Notes under the pieces: generated by a model
Databases searched by the model: none
The model's input: only the letters and a program-made list of their open reading frames with translations
What the model was told of the DNA's origin: nothing
In this document: piece after piece, positions 13,433 through 26,397 of the stretch
Layout of the letters: every line of letters starts with the position of its first letter
How positions within the stretch are numbered: the first letter of the stretch is position 1
From: Mesotaenium endlicherianum
Lineage: Eukaryota
NCBI GenBank assembly: GCA_009602735.1
Contig: WELA01002258.1
Span: 804,244-868,243, forward strand
Length of the DNA stretch: 64,000 nucleotides
Reading direction: 5' to 3'
Translations under genes and position numbers: made by a program

Positions 13433-14281
13433 ACCTTCAAAGCATGTGAGGGTGCAGGTATTAGCTGCTGAGTTTGTCATGCCCAAGCTGTCCTTTGTTA
13501 TAATCTCGACAGCTATTGTAGTCTGGTCCACTCCCCTGTGTAGTGCTGCTGGTCTCCTATGATTTGCACCCTTACTACTCTGCCTGGTTGGAGCTGCAAT
13601 TGTACTACGCGTTGTCTTATAGTTTCTTGCAATGACAAGGTCACTGTCAGCCCATCTGCACTCTCATGGGGTCCCACTTGAGCTTAGATCTTGGCTGCCA
13701 GGTTCTCTAATTTCCTTCTGGAAGAAAGCTTGGGGAGGGGAATCTTGGTGTTCTTGATGTATTTGGGCTCCCATAGTCCTGTTGCTTGAGAGTATGTGTT
13801 TGACATGATGTTGACAAGCATTGGGCATTGCTCTTGAGTTAGCTTCAACTTGTACTTGATAGCCAGTCCTAACCTATCATCCCACTGCTCCTGTATTTGC
13901 TTCACTGTGACCTCCTCTATGATTGGCTTCAGGTGCAATTCTGGTGTAATAGCTTCCAGCATGTTTTTGTTCTGTGGCTTGTTCAAGAAGGCTGTGAATG
14001 ACTTGGTCATGTTTATCTCACATCCAAACTTGTCCTCCATAAATAACTTCAGGTGATTGCTCATTCATTGCCATGTTCTTGCAGATCCTCCTCCTATTCT
14101 ATGACGCTTTGCCGGAGGAATTTGAGGGGCTGCCATAGACACCTTCTGCTTTAGGTTCCTTATCTCTCTCTTAGGTCCTCTCAAGTCACTCTTCATGCCC
14201 ATGAACTGCAGAGAAACCTGTATCTCCCCATCAGCTGCTTTCATCTTCAAGCTTCTATTGTCATCTGCATATTTTAGTATT
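13433..14281 (-). pseudogene. RAG1/Transib-like transposase, fragment 2 (candidate first catalytic Asp in VRVQIIGD, 13552-13554)
   Basis: ORFs 14065-14281 and 13684-14064, then ...NSAANTCTLTCFEGQD after one frameshift. Flanked by the TSDs of elements B and C. Confidence 0.65.
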
Positions 14282-15569
14282 TCAGATGAAATGAATCGAC
14301 TTACCAAATAGGCGATTAACAATTAATGAAGATCTTTATATCAGCATGTAATTTTTATGGTGTTTTATGTTTGTTGATTAAACAACAAAACCCAACACAC
14401 TAGCAGCGGACAATACTCGTAAGTCAAATGCGAGTAAACTAGCATCAATAATGTAATGAGTAAACTCATACAGAAGCAAGGCTAGAAGACAGTGCATATC
14501 AATGGCTTCTCGCCTTGAAGTCAGATTTCTCTCAGTAAGTTGTACAAGAGAGTTGGCCTTGTTTCCGAATGCCGAACTTGAGAGCAATCCTAGCGTATGT
14601 ACATGGACTGAGTTTATTGTTCAACGGTAAGTGCAATGGCACCGCCTACCCGGGAGTTAACCACGTTGGTAGGACCTCGGTTTACCAAATCCACCGCCAT
14701 CTCCCATCATCCCACTCGCGATCCATCCTAAGGATGTCATCCGGCCATTCATCTAGCATACAACAATCAGATGCATATCTAGGCAGTTTGCTGCTACCGA
14801 GTACGGAAGTCAGCTGGCTGTCATAAATTTGTCAGCAAGCTGACCTAAGTTGACTTCAACCTGCTGCTTTTGGTTGAGTCATTAAGTTGATAATTTCATG
14901 AAGTTCAGCAGACTGAATATCAACTAAAGTTCAGCAAGCTGAACTTATTTAACTATTATATTCAAATAAATACTATATCTATCAATATACTGATTAATTA
15001 CAATCCCTCCAGCTTAACTCAATGTCGCCTTGACAACACTAAACTATAGAAGTATCTGGTCAGAAAATTAACAGGACTAACCCCCCACCGCCTGCCTCTT
15101 GCTTCAACACTGTTGCCTAGCTGTGGGGATCACTAGTGACAGTGAGCTCTCACCTCCACCCTCAGTCCACTTCCGTTGTGGGGTGCAAACAGAGAGACCT
15201 CCAGCAAGGCTTAACTAGAAGATGGTTTTGATGTCTAGGGGGTTGTTTCCGGGGCTTCAGCATTAGGTGACTGAGATCTGGACCTAGATCCGAACAGCCC
15301 TCTAGATCTGTCAACTGGCCTTCTAAAGAATCCTGTTTGTTCTAAAGTCGGACCTCGAGGAGAACGAAGGTTTGTAGCCTGTTCTTTAACCACTTAGGTG
15401 TTGATCCCCACATAGACAAGCATACCAGTAGGATGTTGAAATAAATTGGCAAGAGGTACATGTCTCTAAGCGAAGGGGGACGCCGGCATACCTCTGGCCA
15501 CTTCTCGTGTCCCTCTCCTGGCACCCCTGTCCTCTGGGATGTTCTTCCTTTATCTGGTGCCAATTACAA

Positions 15570-16913
15570 TCAGATCAACTTCTTCCCTCGCTTGGGCAAG
15601 TGGATTGGGGGAACGAGTGCGGAATCCTGTTGCCTCCATGACAGGCATAACATTCCATACACCTGATCTTGGCTCCCTTGGAAGCCTTGTTCCTGCTTGC
15701 CCTTGGGTCTCCTAAGTACCAGCTCCTGATGCTTCTCCTCTGCCCTGTTCTTCTTCCTCATCCTCCTCATCTTCCTCCCCTGAGAGGGTAGGGGTCTTGT
15801 CCACTAAGTCATCCTGCTCTCTGGTAACATGGAAAAATCTACTGATTCCCCTTTTTAAGGACGAGCTGGAGATTGCCTGACCTTCAGCCTGCTGATATCT
15901 ATCCTGCCTGCATTCGTTGCCCATTTGACAAAGGCGTGCTTCCCCTTAAAGGAATAGTCTCTTCCCCTCCTCCGGTGCTCTTTCATCTCCGCATTCATAT
16001 TACTCAGGCAGCCATTCAGCTTGGGGTCCCAAGGGGCAATGTGAGGTGGTAGGATGAGATAGCCGTCCAGCCCATAGTGGAAGTCATCCGTGTGGGCTCG
16101 GTCACACTTCTGCTCTTTGTTGGGGACGGTCATCCACCTCCAGCCTGTGGGCTGCTGGTAGTATTGTGGTCCATGCTCAACCTTTTTCAACTTACAAAGG
16201 AACTAGTGGGGAGAGAACATATGCTGCCCTGCTTCCCTGGCTAAGTACTCCCAGCTCCTCCTCTCAACTTTATTGTAAGCTGGCAGTAGTGTGGGGTAGA
16301 ATACCGTATCCTTAAACCTATCGAGCTGCATGCTCACCATCGAGATGAGTCCCTAATTTTCCACTATTCCAGGTACCAGAATTGGCTTGTCCTTCGAATC
16401 AGCTGCAAGGTACCGGGCTTGCTTTGCTGTATAGCAAACCATCTTAGCATAATCTTTGCAGAGGACCACACCAGTGTGTGTCTCTATGTACCTATCAAGT
16501 GCTTTAGCTTCTTCTCTTTATAAATTTGTTGTCTCTTTTAGCTTGTTGATTTCCTGGGCTGCCAGTAATGCTTCCTTGAGGTTATCAAAGGTTTAGCCAC
16601 TTACCACAGTATATCTGTAAGTGGCCAGGCTCTTCTACTTGTCAGCTTCAGCCTTCTTTTTTCTCTCCTCTTTCGCTGCCGCCGCTTCCTCTTGTTGCTT
16701 CTTCTGTCTCTCCTCCTCAGCCCTCCTGATGTTTTCCGCCTCCTGCTCCTTTTTCCTCTGTGCTTCCTCTGCCGCCTCTTGTTGTCCGCGGACCCTTTCT
16801 TGTTCTCTTCTGGTGAGGGACGTCGCCGCCAGCTCTTTTTGGTATTGCTCCATTCTCCTCCTGGCTTCTTCTGCCTTGCGCTTTCTATCTTCCTTTTGTG
16901 TGGTGGGAGCCAT
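15570..16913 (-). pseudogene. Accessory 3' ORF of element B
   Basis: ORFs 16635-16913, 15855-16190 and 15712-15924 share PTxWRWM, LPPHIAxWDPxL and KGKHAxxKWA with the C copy. Confidence 0.75.
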
Positions 16914-17291
16914 CCTGCATATGTAAGCAGGACACGAGTTAGTAGGATCTCGATTTTTGTCACAAGAGTTGCTGGAAGGAAGGCAACTTATATTATTATG
17001 GTTGGTTAGTTCTCGTTTACCTTACAGGGTGGTTACTAGGAGTTAATGTAGCTGCAGTGCGATGAAACATAAACGGATGAGTGTGTGTGCAGGGTGCGTT
17101 AAGTGATGTGTTGATGTGCGAGCCCCTTAATCATTTCGCCAACTTTGCTTTATGTGGGCCTGGCTCTCCATTTGTCACTATGCTGACATTTGACAGTCAA
17201 TAACTGACCCTTTCTCGCACACTAACTGTCCTTTACTGGCACACTTCCTCTCCAACTTAAATGGAGACAGGACCTCCTGTCACCTTCCCAT

Positions 17292-20000
17292 GTCAAGTGT
17301 TACCACCCAGTCGTTTATGGATATTGTTTACCGACGTCAAGCTGGGATGGGCAGTGGTTGTAATAGATCCGGGGTGGTATGTGCCGAGACTTGTTATTCT
17401 GAGTCTGATCACAGGACTTAATACATGTCAAGACCTCCCGAGGCAACCCATCTTAATGATAATGTTTTGCCAATTTGCCAACAGTTTGGCATGCTCCAAA
17501 TGCCCACCCTGTAAATTGTCATGTGCTGGACTCAGTAAGAATGACCTTATTTCCAAGTTACTAGGAATGACCAACTTCAGCCTGCCTCAAAAGGTTTCAG
17601 TTATCCAGACCCCTCCTTTTAGCCTATACCCGAGTGCAGTAGAAGGACACACACCATTAGTGGGGCTGGACTCAAATGTTGGGTCAGAAAGGTAGGCTTT
17701 CCTAAGTTGTTCAAGGAAGGACTTTTTCACCTTTAGTGAAGTGAGTGCACAAAGGAAATTATCGACAGCATGCTGATTAAAGTTTCTTCCTTGCAAGTCA
17801 GGTCGTCTAGAGAGTGCATCAGCAGGATTCAACTTCCCTGGTTTGTAGTCGATCTGGACTTGGAACTGCTCCAGCATCTGGCTCCAGCGGTTCTCCCTCC
17901 TTGACAGCTTGGACTTCTTCAGAAAGTGAGTCAAAGCTAGATGATCTGTAATCACCTTAAAAGCTTTACCATGGAAGTATGCTCTCCACTGTTTTAGCAC
18001 ATGAATGATAGCAAGCAGCTCTTTATCATGCACATAATTAACTTCAGCCGGGTTGAATTTTATAGACTTATCCAGCACAGGGTGCCACTCCTGCTTTACC
18101 TTACCATCCTTAGTGGCTTTGTCAGCAAGTTGCAATTCAACAGCATCCATAGCAAAGTCAGAAGCATCAGTAACCACTTGCACAGGTTTGCTGGGGTCAT
18201 ACACGGCTAGGACTGGGGCAGAACAAAGAGCATCTTTAAGGGTCTGGAAGGCAGCCTGCTGCTCTTCCCCCCACAAATACCCTATGTCTTTCTTAGTAAG
18301 GTCGTTCAGTTTATTGGCCTTCGTAGAATGGTTCTCAATAAATCTCCTATAGTAGTTACCCAACCCAAGGAAGGATCTAACTCCACATATAGACTGCGGT
18401 AGTGGCTAGTCCCTTATGGTCTGGACTTTCTTAGGATCCACACTGATGCCTTCTTTACTAACAACGTGGCCTAAGAATTCAGTAATTTCCTGAAGGATAT
18501 CACACTTGCTCATTTTAGCATATAACTGATTTCTTTTGAGAGTGTCCATGACTGTTTTTAAGTGTTCAACATGCTGAGCTTTATTTTTTGAGAAAATAAA
18601 ATTATCATCCACGAAGACTTGCACGAACTAATCCAAGTAAGGTCTAAAATGTCATTCATAGCATCCATGAAGCTTGCAGGAGCATTAGTCGGTCCAATTG
18701 GCATTCCATTAAACTCATAGTGTCCATAACGTGTGCGGAAGGCAATCTTGTGTTCAACTCCCTCAACAATTTTGATTTGATGTTAACCACTCTTGAGATC
18801 TATTTCACTGAACACTTCAAAACCAGACAAGGTATCAAGCAAGTCCTCGATTCTGGGTAAAGCATACTTGTTCTTCACTGTAATTCTGTTAAGAGCTGTG
18901 TAATCAACGCACATCCGCATACTTCCATCCTTTTTCTTAACAAATAGGATGGGTGCGTCATACGGTGATTTATTAAGAGAAATATAAACTTTGTCCTCAA
19001 GCTTTGCAATTTGCATTTTCAATTCTTTGCTCTCCACATAAGACAAGCCATAAGTGCGTTGCCAAGGTGGCTGACTCCCAGGTAATCAATCAATTCTATT
19101 ATCTACTTCTCTCTTAGGGGGTAGCTCTGAAGGCATTTAATAAACCATCAGTATATTGTGAAACAATTTTTGCAGCAGTAGGGTGCTCCGGAGGGCTCAC
19201 CTTTTTCTCAACCACTTCTGCAAGTTGAGAAGGTACCTCTCTTAGCGGCATACAGAACATTCTGCCCTCCTTCTGGTTCCAACTTTTAATGAACTCAATT
19301 GCATTCAGCAAATTTTATTCTCCTGGAAGCCTCTTCTTTTCCTTCATTTGCCATCCATATAGGACATGAGGAAGAGCACTGGTGGGTGCCAAATTAGTCT
19401 GCCCATCACTGGCTCCTCTCACTTCAACTGTCCCTTTGCTCCAACACACTTCAGTTTGATGTGTACTAAGCCAGGACCTGCCTAGCACGAAATCATAAAA
19501 GCCAGTGTTGAGTACCTCAAACGTAAGCGTTTCAGTTAGAACTGCAATGCAAGAACCTGACTGGACCTCAATAGGCTTGGTTATAATTCCTCCCGAGACA
19601 CTTGAGGCATCTCCAAGGAATATTTTTCTATTCCCTTGGGTGACAGAAGGCAGCCTTAGCCGCTTTACTAAGTCCTTCCGAATAAAAGAATGTGACGCCC
19701 CTCCGTCTACAAATGCCCCTACCTTCCTACCTGCAATCATGCAATGCAGTAGGATAGGGGGAACTGTCTTGTCCTAACTTTTGCATTGTTCTTCTGACGT
19801 AGCAAAGAAATGTTGGACATCAGGTGGAACAAGATCCTCCAGAGTGTGCACTCTTTGAAGGTCTATATTGCTGATGGTCTCTTTTATCTGGTTGTCAGGC
19901 ATGCATAGTGGATCCAGTTCAGCTGGACCCATAATACCTGCTACGAGGGCAGCTAGTGACGACTCACTATCTCTAGCATCCTCACAGTCAGTAGACTAGA
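17292..20000 (-). pseudogene. pol: Degraded pol of B; integrase core and chromodomain deleted
   Basis: FVDGGASH protease, FVDD RT, TDASDFA RNase H. At about 17292 the sequence jumps from the integrase start to the 3' region that matches about 8990 in C. Confidence 0.9.
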
Positions 20001-21174
20001 TTACTGATTATTGCTGTCTTTTGAAGGCTGGTCCTTTCTCTCGACCTTTGGAAGGTGCTTGCTAGGACACTGCTCTCTGTAGTGACCCAGTTGCTGGCAG
20101 TGGAAGAAAATAGATTTTGCTGAGGCTGGTCTCGGCTTAGCCCTACCATCACCTCTTCCATAGCCACCTCGAGAGTAACCACCTCCCCCTCTAGACTGTA
20201 TAGCATTATACTCATACTCGTACTCATCACCTTGATCATCCTCAGCCCGGTCTCCTTCAGTTGCATTGTAGGAATCGTGGGGCTTTTTGACAATCTTAGA
20301 CACCTAATTATTACTCTGGCGCTTGTGATTGATTTGCTGCTGATCCCAGGCATCAGCGTCTCAAGTCAGCCAGTCTTTCATACTTCTTTTCACCAAAGTG
20401 ACCAGAGACTTCGGATTTCAAGCCAAACTTGAAGTATGCTATCCTTTTCCGCTCTAGCAAGTCTGGCTGCTTCATCATGTTCTCCTGGAACTTTTGAGCA
20501 AACTCAGCAATTAAGGTGGTCTGCTTCAGTGTCAAGGAGATCATTGCATAGATAGCTTTCTCTTGCTGATTGATGATATCAAACTTCTCATGCAGTTTCT
20601 AAACAAACTCTACCCAAGTAGGGTCACCGAGTTGCAGAGCTTTACGCTCTCCTTCCAATAAGACCACCATTCTTTTGCACTGCCTTTCAATAGAGCATTA
20701 GTGTGCCTGACTTTCTCGTAATTTTGCAGCTTTGGGTAGTTCTCCAGCCACTGCTCAACATCAGCGAGAAAATTGATCAGGTGATACTTTTCCCTCAAAA
20801 CCATAGTCCTGGGGAGGTTTCGGCTTAGGCTCACTAGGCCCTTTGCCACCACCACCAGTGGTTTGAGAACCCAGTTCATCTCTATCCTGCGGCAAGGACA
20901 TTATGATTTTTCTGTCCTCCTGTTGGGACTGATACATGCTCGCCATTTGCGATTGGATTTGCACAAATAATGCTCCCAAATCTACTCTCTGAGGTGGGAG
21001 TCTAGCAAATGCAGCAGCAACAGTGGCATCCACTTGCTCAATAGTGTCCTCAACAGTCCCTCTCGCTCCTGCAGCAGCAATTCCTGCCGCATTCAGTCGG
21101 TCACAATATTGACCTAGAGGTACATTGAGTTGTACAACAGGATGTGGGTTCGGAACATTGGCCCTAGCTGCCAT
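20001..21174 (-). pseudogene. gag: Degraded gag of B
   Basis: KPKPPQDY..LLKGSAKEWW, FKFGLK, RGG-rich segment and knuckle remnant HCQQLGHYREQC. Confidence 0.85.
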
Positions 21175-21998
21175 AAGTTATTCGACAATACGCTCGTCCG
21201 CTGGCTGTCCTTCCCTCCTTTTTGTATCTTCAGCAGCTTTTGCTAATCGTTCAACTTCTGATTTGATTCTGTCATCCTCAACCTGTTGTACTGCGACTAC
21301 GGCAATAGCAGCTGCCTCATCTGCGGCCTCTCTAGCTGGGGTTCTGCCACTGCTTCAGAATAGGTACGGGTTCTCGCTACATGGCTTTCAACCTGGTTTT
21401 TGACCATTTCGTTATCCTGGTTCTTCATGTCTCGGGAGTTGCTAGTTTGAGACCTTGTCTGTAGTGAAACAGATAGATAAAGTACTTAGTAAAACAGAAT
21501 AGTTTATCTATTCAAGACAAGGATCTTTGAACACAAGTGGTAGCTTCTTGAAAGAGAGATGGCTTCTTGATAGTTAATATATTTCTGGATTTTGGCAAGT
21601 ACAAGAGTGATTCTCCCATGTCTTTCTATGTTCTAGCTCTTGTTTATATACTTGCTACATAAGTAATTTCTAGGAAGGTGTATGTTGATGTGTTGGCACC
21701 CAACACATCCCAAAACTTGCCACCTCTTTCTAGAATAATGTACACATGTCCTTTTGACCTAAAAATGGCACATCTGACTTTTGCCACATGGAGTTCTTCT
21801 AGGTCTTTCCTCTAACTTCGAAAATGCCTTGGAAGGTTCAAAGGACATGAACCAAGTTACTAGAGTACCTATTCACACTTGACTCCACACAATACTACTC
21901 CAAATATATTTGAAAACATTAAAATATATGCAAACTAATATATAATAACTCAAATCACTACATCACCCCCCCGATAGAAAAAGCGACGTCTCGGCGCG

Positions 21999-22127
21999 TC
22001 AAGTCAGGTCTTACACATGTGGAGCAAACTAGTCAACAGTTTCAAGTCAGATGCCACACATGTGAAGAGGACTAGTCAAAGGCGCCAAGTCAGGTGCTAC
22101 ACATGTAAGGTAGACTAGGCAAGGTCG
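21999..22127. repeat. Three diverged ~43-bp tandem units in the 3' UTR of A2
   Basis: CAAGTCAG..ACACATGT..ACTAG.CAA occurs three times. Confidence 0.75.
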
Positions 22128-22731
22128 TAGGTGGTGTGACCTTATTGGCTAGCCTACTCCTTAATGATAAAGAAAATTGTACAAGTTGGCCCAGAATCTG
22201 CCACGAACTCAAAAATTCATAGCGGCCACAGAACTGCTCCAAATCTGAAAATTCGAGTGCCAGACGGACCGCGTCGGAGAACTCTACCGGGTCACCAAAT
22301 TTGAGAGCATTCTCATTTCTGGAGTGTCGTTGAGAGCTGAGAGAGTAGGCACTCCTCCAAATCTGTGCAGAAACTTCTGAAAATCATAAGTCCTTCTATA
22401 CTTCTCCAAATGCTCCAAACTAAGTCTCAAACTGGGCGCTGTAAGATGTTCTACCAGAGTCTTGAGTTTCAGAGCATTCCAAGTTCAGGGGAGGGCACAA
22501 TGTCAGAAGGCATATTCTGCCCTAACAATGCCAGCAGCCTGACCCCCTTCTACTTAGAGCATCATATCTCTCTCACCAGTGCTCCAAATTGAGCAAACTT
22601 GGACTCTAAATGACCGGCTACTCATGGACTACAGCCAGGTAAATTTTCAGAATTTATTATGCAGAGACCTATTACCAGTAGCAGTTTTAGTTTTCTGTCC
22701 AGAAACTGCGAGAAGAGAAGAGTGTCTAATG

Positions 22732-25700
22732 TCAATTTTTCCTCTTTCTTGTTCTTGCAGGCTGCCTCCAAGGGGTCTTCTGCTGCTTCTTGATGGTGGC
22801 AGGCTGCCTCCCTGAAGTCTTCGGGCTTCTAGTAGAGAGACTTGGGGCTGGTCCAAGATGGGGGTTGGCGGCATGGAAGCGCTTCAACTTTCTCTGAACT
22901 TTGTCAAGGTAGTGCGCCGCCACCCAACTATTCTCCGAATCTGGATATCCTTTCCACTTGATCAAGTATTGCTGCTGTCTCCTGAAATTTCTCATAGCCA
23001 CTATGTCTTCCACTTCGTACTCCAAATGATCATCCACTATTGTTGGGGCTGGTGGGGTTGTCACACGTCCTGGGAACTTGTTGTCGGGTTGCACATATGG
23101 CTTGAAGAGGGAAGCGTGGAATACGGGGTCGATGTGCATAGTCTGGGGAAGTTCTAGCTTGAAAGCAACGGGGTTGACTTGCTGGATAATCTTGAAGGGT
23201 CCCAAATACTTGGGAGAGAACTTGCTGCCGGCAGGCCTGTTGTTCAGGGAAATGTTCTTGGATGATAGTAACACGTTGTCACCCACTCTGTACGTAATTT
23301 CTCTTCTGGATCTGTTCGCCACTCTTGCTTGAGCATCTTGCGCGTGTTGTAGAGCTTTCTTCGCTGCTGTAAGGGCTGCTTCTAATGTCTCCATAAAATC
23401 TGTGGCTGCAGGTACTTCATCATGGCCAGCCGTGAAGCTCAGTGGCGTGGTCGGATGGAAGCCATAGTTGAGGAAGAATGGGGACTCTTGGGTAGAGGCC
23501 TGCGTAGTGTTGTTGTAGGCAAACTCGAGGGGGGTCAAGTACATGTCCCAGTCTTGCTCGAGGGTAGACACGTAGGCCTTTAGAGAGGTCTTTAGGGTAC
23601 GATTCATACGCTCGGTTTGCCCATCTGATTGTGGGTGGTAGGCAGTAGACATATCCAGCGATGTACCCAAGTTCTTGAAGAGATTTTTCCAGAAATGGCT
23701 TGTGAATCTTGGATCTCTATCTGACACAATTCTTGATGGTAGTCCATGGAGTCGGAAGATGTTGTCAAAGATGAGTCTTGCAAGTTGTGGTGCTGTAGCC
23801 TTAGTCGTCGTGGGAATAAAATGAGCCATCTTGGTAAGTCTGTCCACCGCCGTGAGTATTGCATTATGGCCTCGAGGTGTCACGGGCAAGTCCACGATAA
23901 GGTCCATTGAGATGTCCGTCCATTGTCTTTCGGGGATTGGTAGTGGTTGGAGGAGTCCTCCCGCCTTTTGCGATGATGGCTTGATTCTTTGGCATGTGTC
24001 ACAGCTCCTGCAGTACTCCTTGACTTGCTTAGACATGCCTGGCCAACAATAAGTCCTAGCTAGAACGCCCGTGGTCCTTAGGATTCCAAAGTGTCCTCCA
24101 AGAGGGTTGTCGTGTGCTTCTCGTAGAAGCAAGAGCCGGAGGTCTAAGTCATTAGGAACACATCTCTGGCCCGTATCTTGCCTCACCCAATAATTGCCTT
24201 CTTGCTTCTTGCATGGGTCCAAGGCTGCTTCTCCGTTCTTGTAGTAAGGGTCTCTTTCATAGGCGGCTGAAAATCGAGCTTCCAGATCTGTCTTCAGGGA
24301 TACCATCACTGCATTTAATTGCAGTCTTGAGAGGGGGTCAGCCGGGTTTGTCTTGCCGGGCTGGTACTGAATCGTGATGTTGTATTGTTGCAAGTATCCG
24401 CTCCATCTTGCTTGTCTCCTTGAGAGATACGGCTGCGTTTGGAGGTGCTTTAACGCCTCGTGGTCCGTGGTGACCAGTACTTTGCGTCCTTCAACGTAGC
24501 AGCGCCAAACCTTCAAGGCATGTACAATCGCCAATGCCTCTCGCTCCGTGGTTGTATAATTTTGCTCGGCTGGATTTAGCTTCCTTGACTCGTAGGCGAT
24601 GGGCTGCAGTCCCTTGCCTTGGTCTTGAAGCAGGATTGCTCCTATTGCATAGGAAGATGCATCGGTGATGACGTGGAAGGGCCAATCTGGGTTTGGACTT
24701 GGGAGTGTGAGCACCGGGGATGTGGTCAATCTTCGCTTTAACTCTTGAAATGCCTCTTCCTCTTTCTCGGTCCATGTATATAGCCTGTCCTTCTTGAGTA
24801 GATCTGTCAGGGGGGCTGCTATGTGCGAGAAGCCTTGGATGAATTTTCTGTACCAATTGGCAAATCCCAAGAATGACTGGAGTTCTTTCTTGGTCGTGGG
24901 GGTTGGCCATTCCTCCACCACCGTGGTCTTCTTGGGGTCCATCTTGATGCCATCAGCAGTCACGTGGAGACCTAGGAACTCCACTTCTTGTTTGGCAAAC
25001 TCGCACTTTGACTCCTTCGCAAATAGCTTGTTTTGCTTCAATACTTCAAGGACTTCTTTCAAGTGTCTCGCATGCTCTTCAAGGGTCTTGCTGTAGATAA
25101 GGATGTCATCGATGAATACCACCACAAATCTGTCCAACATGGGCTGAAATATGGTGTTCATCATAGTCATGAAAGTTGCTGGCGCGTTGGTGAGTCCAAA
25201 TGGCAGGACCATGAACTCAAAATGTCCATATCTTGTCCTGAATGCCGTCTTCTCTATGTCCGGTTCTGCGATGCGAATCTGGTGGTAGCCGCTCCGTAAG
25301 TCAATCTTCGTGAAGTACTTGGCTCCAACCAGCCGGTCCATGAGCTCATCCATGCGCGGCAGCGGGTATCGATTCTTGATGGTGATCTTGTTGAGGGCGC
25401 GATAGTCCACACACATCCTCAAGGTACCATCTTTCTTCTTGACAAATAGCACCGGGGCTCCAAATGGCGACTTGCTAGGTCGAATGAAGCCATGCTCCAG
25501 TAGCTCCTTGATTTGCTTCTTGACTTCGTCTAGCTCCGTGTATGACATTTTGAACGTAGGCCGAGAGATGGGCTTGCTTCCGGGCTCCAACTCTATCTTG
25601 TGGTCTACGAATCTTTTGGGGGGTAGGCCCTTGGGCAATTCCGGGGAGAACACTTCTTTGTAGTCCTCTAAGACTTCTTGTATCTCCTTGGGAACGGGGC

Positions 25701-26397
25701 TGCCTTCTTGACTCTCGATGTCTTTCTTGATGTCTTTTGGCGTGATCAAGGCCAAAAGAAGCTCGTGTCCCTTCCTCACAAGTCTCTTGAGTTGGAGGGC
25801 GGACAATAGTATCTCGTGTGCCGGCTTCTGGATGTCTTGGGTCTGGATATTCTGGATTGCGCGCAAAATACAGATTCTTGAAGTGATGTCATTCTTGATC
25901 TTGATAGTACCGGTCCTCCAATCAACTTGGGGGTTGTGCTTGGTCAACCAAGGCGTCCCTAGGATGACGTCGTACTTGCCCAATTGCATGGGGGAGAACA
26001 CTACTCTATCCTTGAAGGACTTGATAGAGAGTGCCAAGGGGTACGTCTTCTTGGAAGGGGTAGTATAGGAGAATCCATCGGGCATCATAATCTCCTCGTC
26101 GTGGTCAAGAGTTCGCATAGTAATACCGTGCTTGGTGGCAAAATCTGCAGCAATGAAGTTGCCTTGAGCTCCGCTATCCACCAAGATGTGGACCTTCTCT
26201 CCTCCAAGGTAACCTCTCAAACTCATTGGGGCTGGAACGTCGTCTTCAACGGGGGTCTCCACCTCACTTGGCGTGTTGCCTTCTCGTGAAGTGGGTCTTG
26301 GGGTGGTAGGCTCCTGGCCTACCGGCGCTGTCCGTTTTTTGACAACTTTTTGGGGCATGAAAGTGCACGATGGCCCTTTTCCTTGCAATAAAAGCAT
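22732..26397 (-). CDS. pol: Pol polyprotein PR-RT-RH-IN-chromodomain (probably reached by -1 frameshift)
   Basis: Uninterrupted 1221-aa frame with LVDSGA, FIDD, TDAS, HHCC, D-D-E integrase, GPF and chromodomain [15 protein letters not shown]. Confidence 0.97.
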   Translation of the reverse strand: MLLLQGKGPSCTFMPQKVVKKRTAPVGQEPTTPRPTSREGNTPSEVETPVEDDVPAPMSLRGYLGGEKVHILVDSGAQGNFIAADFATKHGITMRTLDHDEEIMMPDGFSYTTPSKKTYPLALSIKSFKDRVVFSPMQLGKYDVILGTPWLTKHNPQVDWRTGTIKIKNDITSRICILRAIQNIQTQDIQKPAHEILLSALQLKRLVRKGHELLLALITPKDIKKDIESQEGSPVPKEIQEVLEDYKEVFSPELPKGLPPKRFVDHKIELEPGSKPISRPTFKMSYTELDEVKKQIKELLEHGFIRPSKSPFGAPVLFVKKKDGTLRMCVDYRALNKITIKNRYPLPRMDELMDRLVGAKYFTKIDLRSGYHQIRIAEPDIEKTAFRTRYGHFEFMVLPFGLTNAPATFMTMMNTIFQPMLDRFVVVFIDDILIYSKTLEEHARHLKEVLEVLKQNKLFAKESKCEFAKQEVEFLGLHVTADGIKMDPKKTTVVEEWPTPTTKKELQSFLGFANWYRKFIQGFSHIAAPLTDLLKKDRLYTWTEKEEEAFQELKRRLTTSPVLTLPSPNPDWPFHVITDASSYAIGAILLQDQGKGLQPIAYESRKLNPAEQNYTTTEREALAIVHALKVWRCYVEGRKVLVTTDHEALKHLQTQPYLSRRQARWSGYLQQYNITIQYQPGKTNPADPLSRLQLNAVMVSLKTDLEARFSAAYERDPYYKNGEAALDPCKKQEGNYWVRQDTGQRCVPNDLDLRLLLLREAHDNPLGGHFGILRTTGVLARTYCWPGMSKQVKEYCRSCDTCQRIKPSSQKAGGLLQPLPIPERQWTDISMDLIVDLPVTPRGHNAILTAVDRLTKMAHFIPTTTKATAPQLARLIFDNIFRLHGLPSRIVSDRDPRFTSHFWKNLFKNLGTSLDMSTAYHPQSDGQTERMNRTLKTSLKAYVSTLEQDWDMYLTPLEFAYNNTTQASTQESPFFLNYGFHPTTPLSFTAGHDEVPAATDFMETLEAALTAAKKALQHAQDAQARVANRSRREITYRVGDNVLLSSKNISLNNRPAGSKFSPKYLGPFKIIQQVNPVAFKLELPQTMHIDPVFHASLFKPYVQPDNKFPGRVTTPPAPTIVDDHLEYEVEDIVAMRNFRRQQQYLIKWKGYPDSENSWVAAHYLDKVQRKLKRFHAANPHLGPAPSLSTRSPKTSGRQPATIKKQQKTPWRQPARTRKRKN
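26305..26340 (-). promoter_or_regulatory. Candidate -1 ribosomal frameshift signal
   Basis: A AAA AAC in the gag frame (26334-26340), followed by stem GGTAGGC-cagga-GCCTACC. pol is in the -1 frame. Identical in A1 at 185-191. Confidence 0.75.

Noticed and set aside
21999..22127. CRISPR-like periodic repeats
   Set aside because: The whole units are similar with no unique spacers, there are no cas genes, and the context is a retrotransposon UTR.
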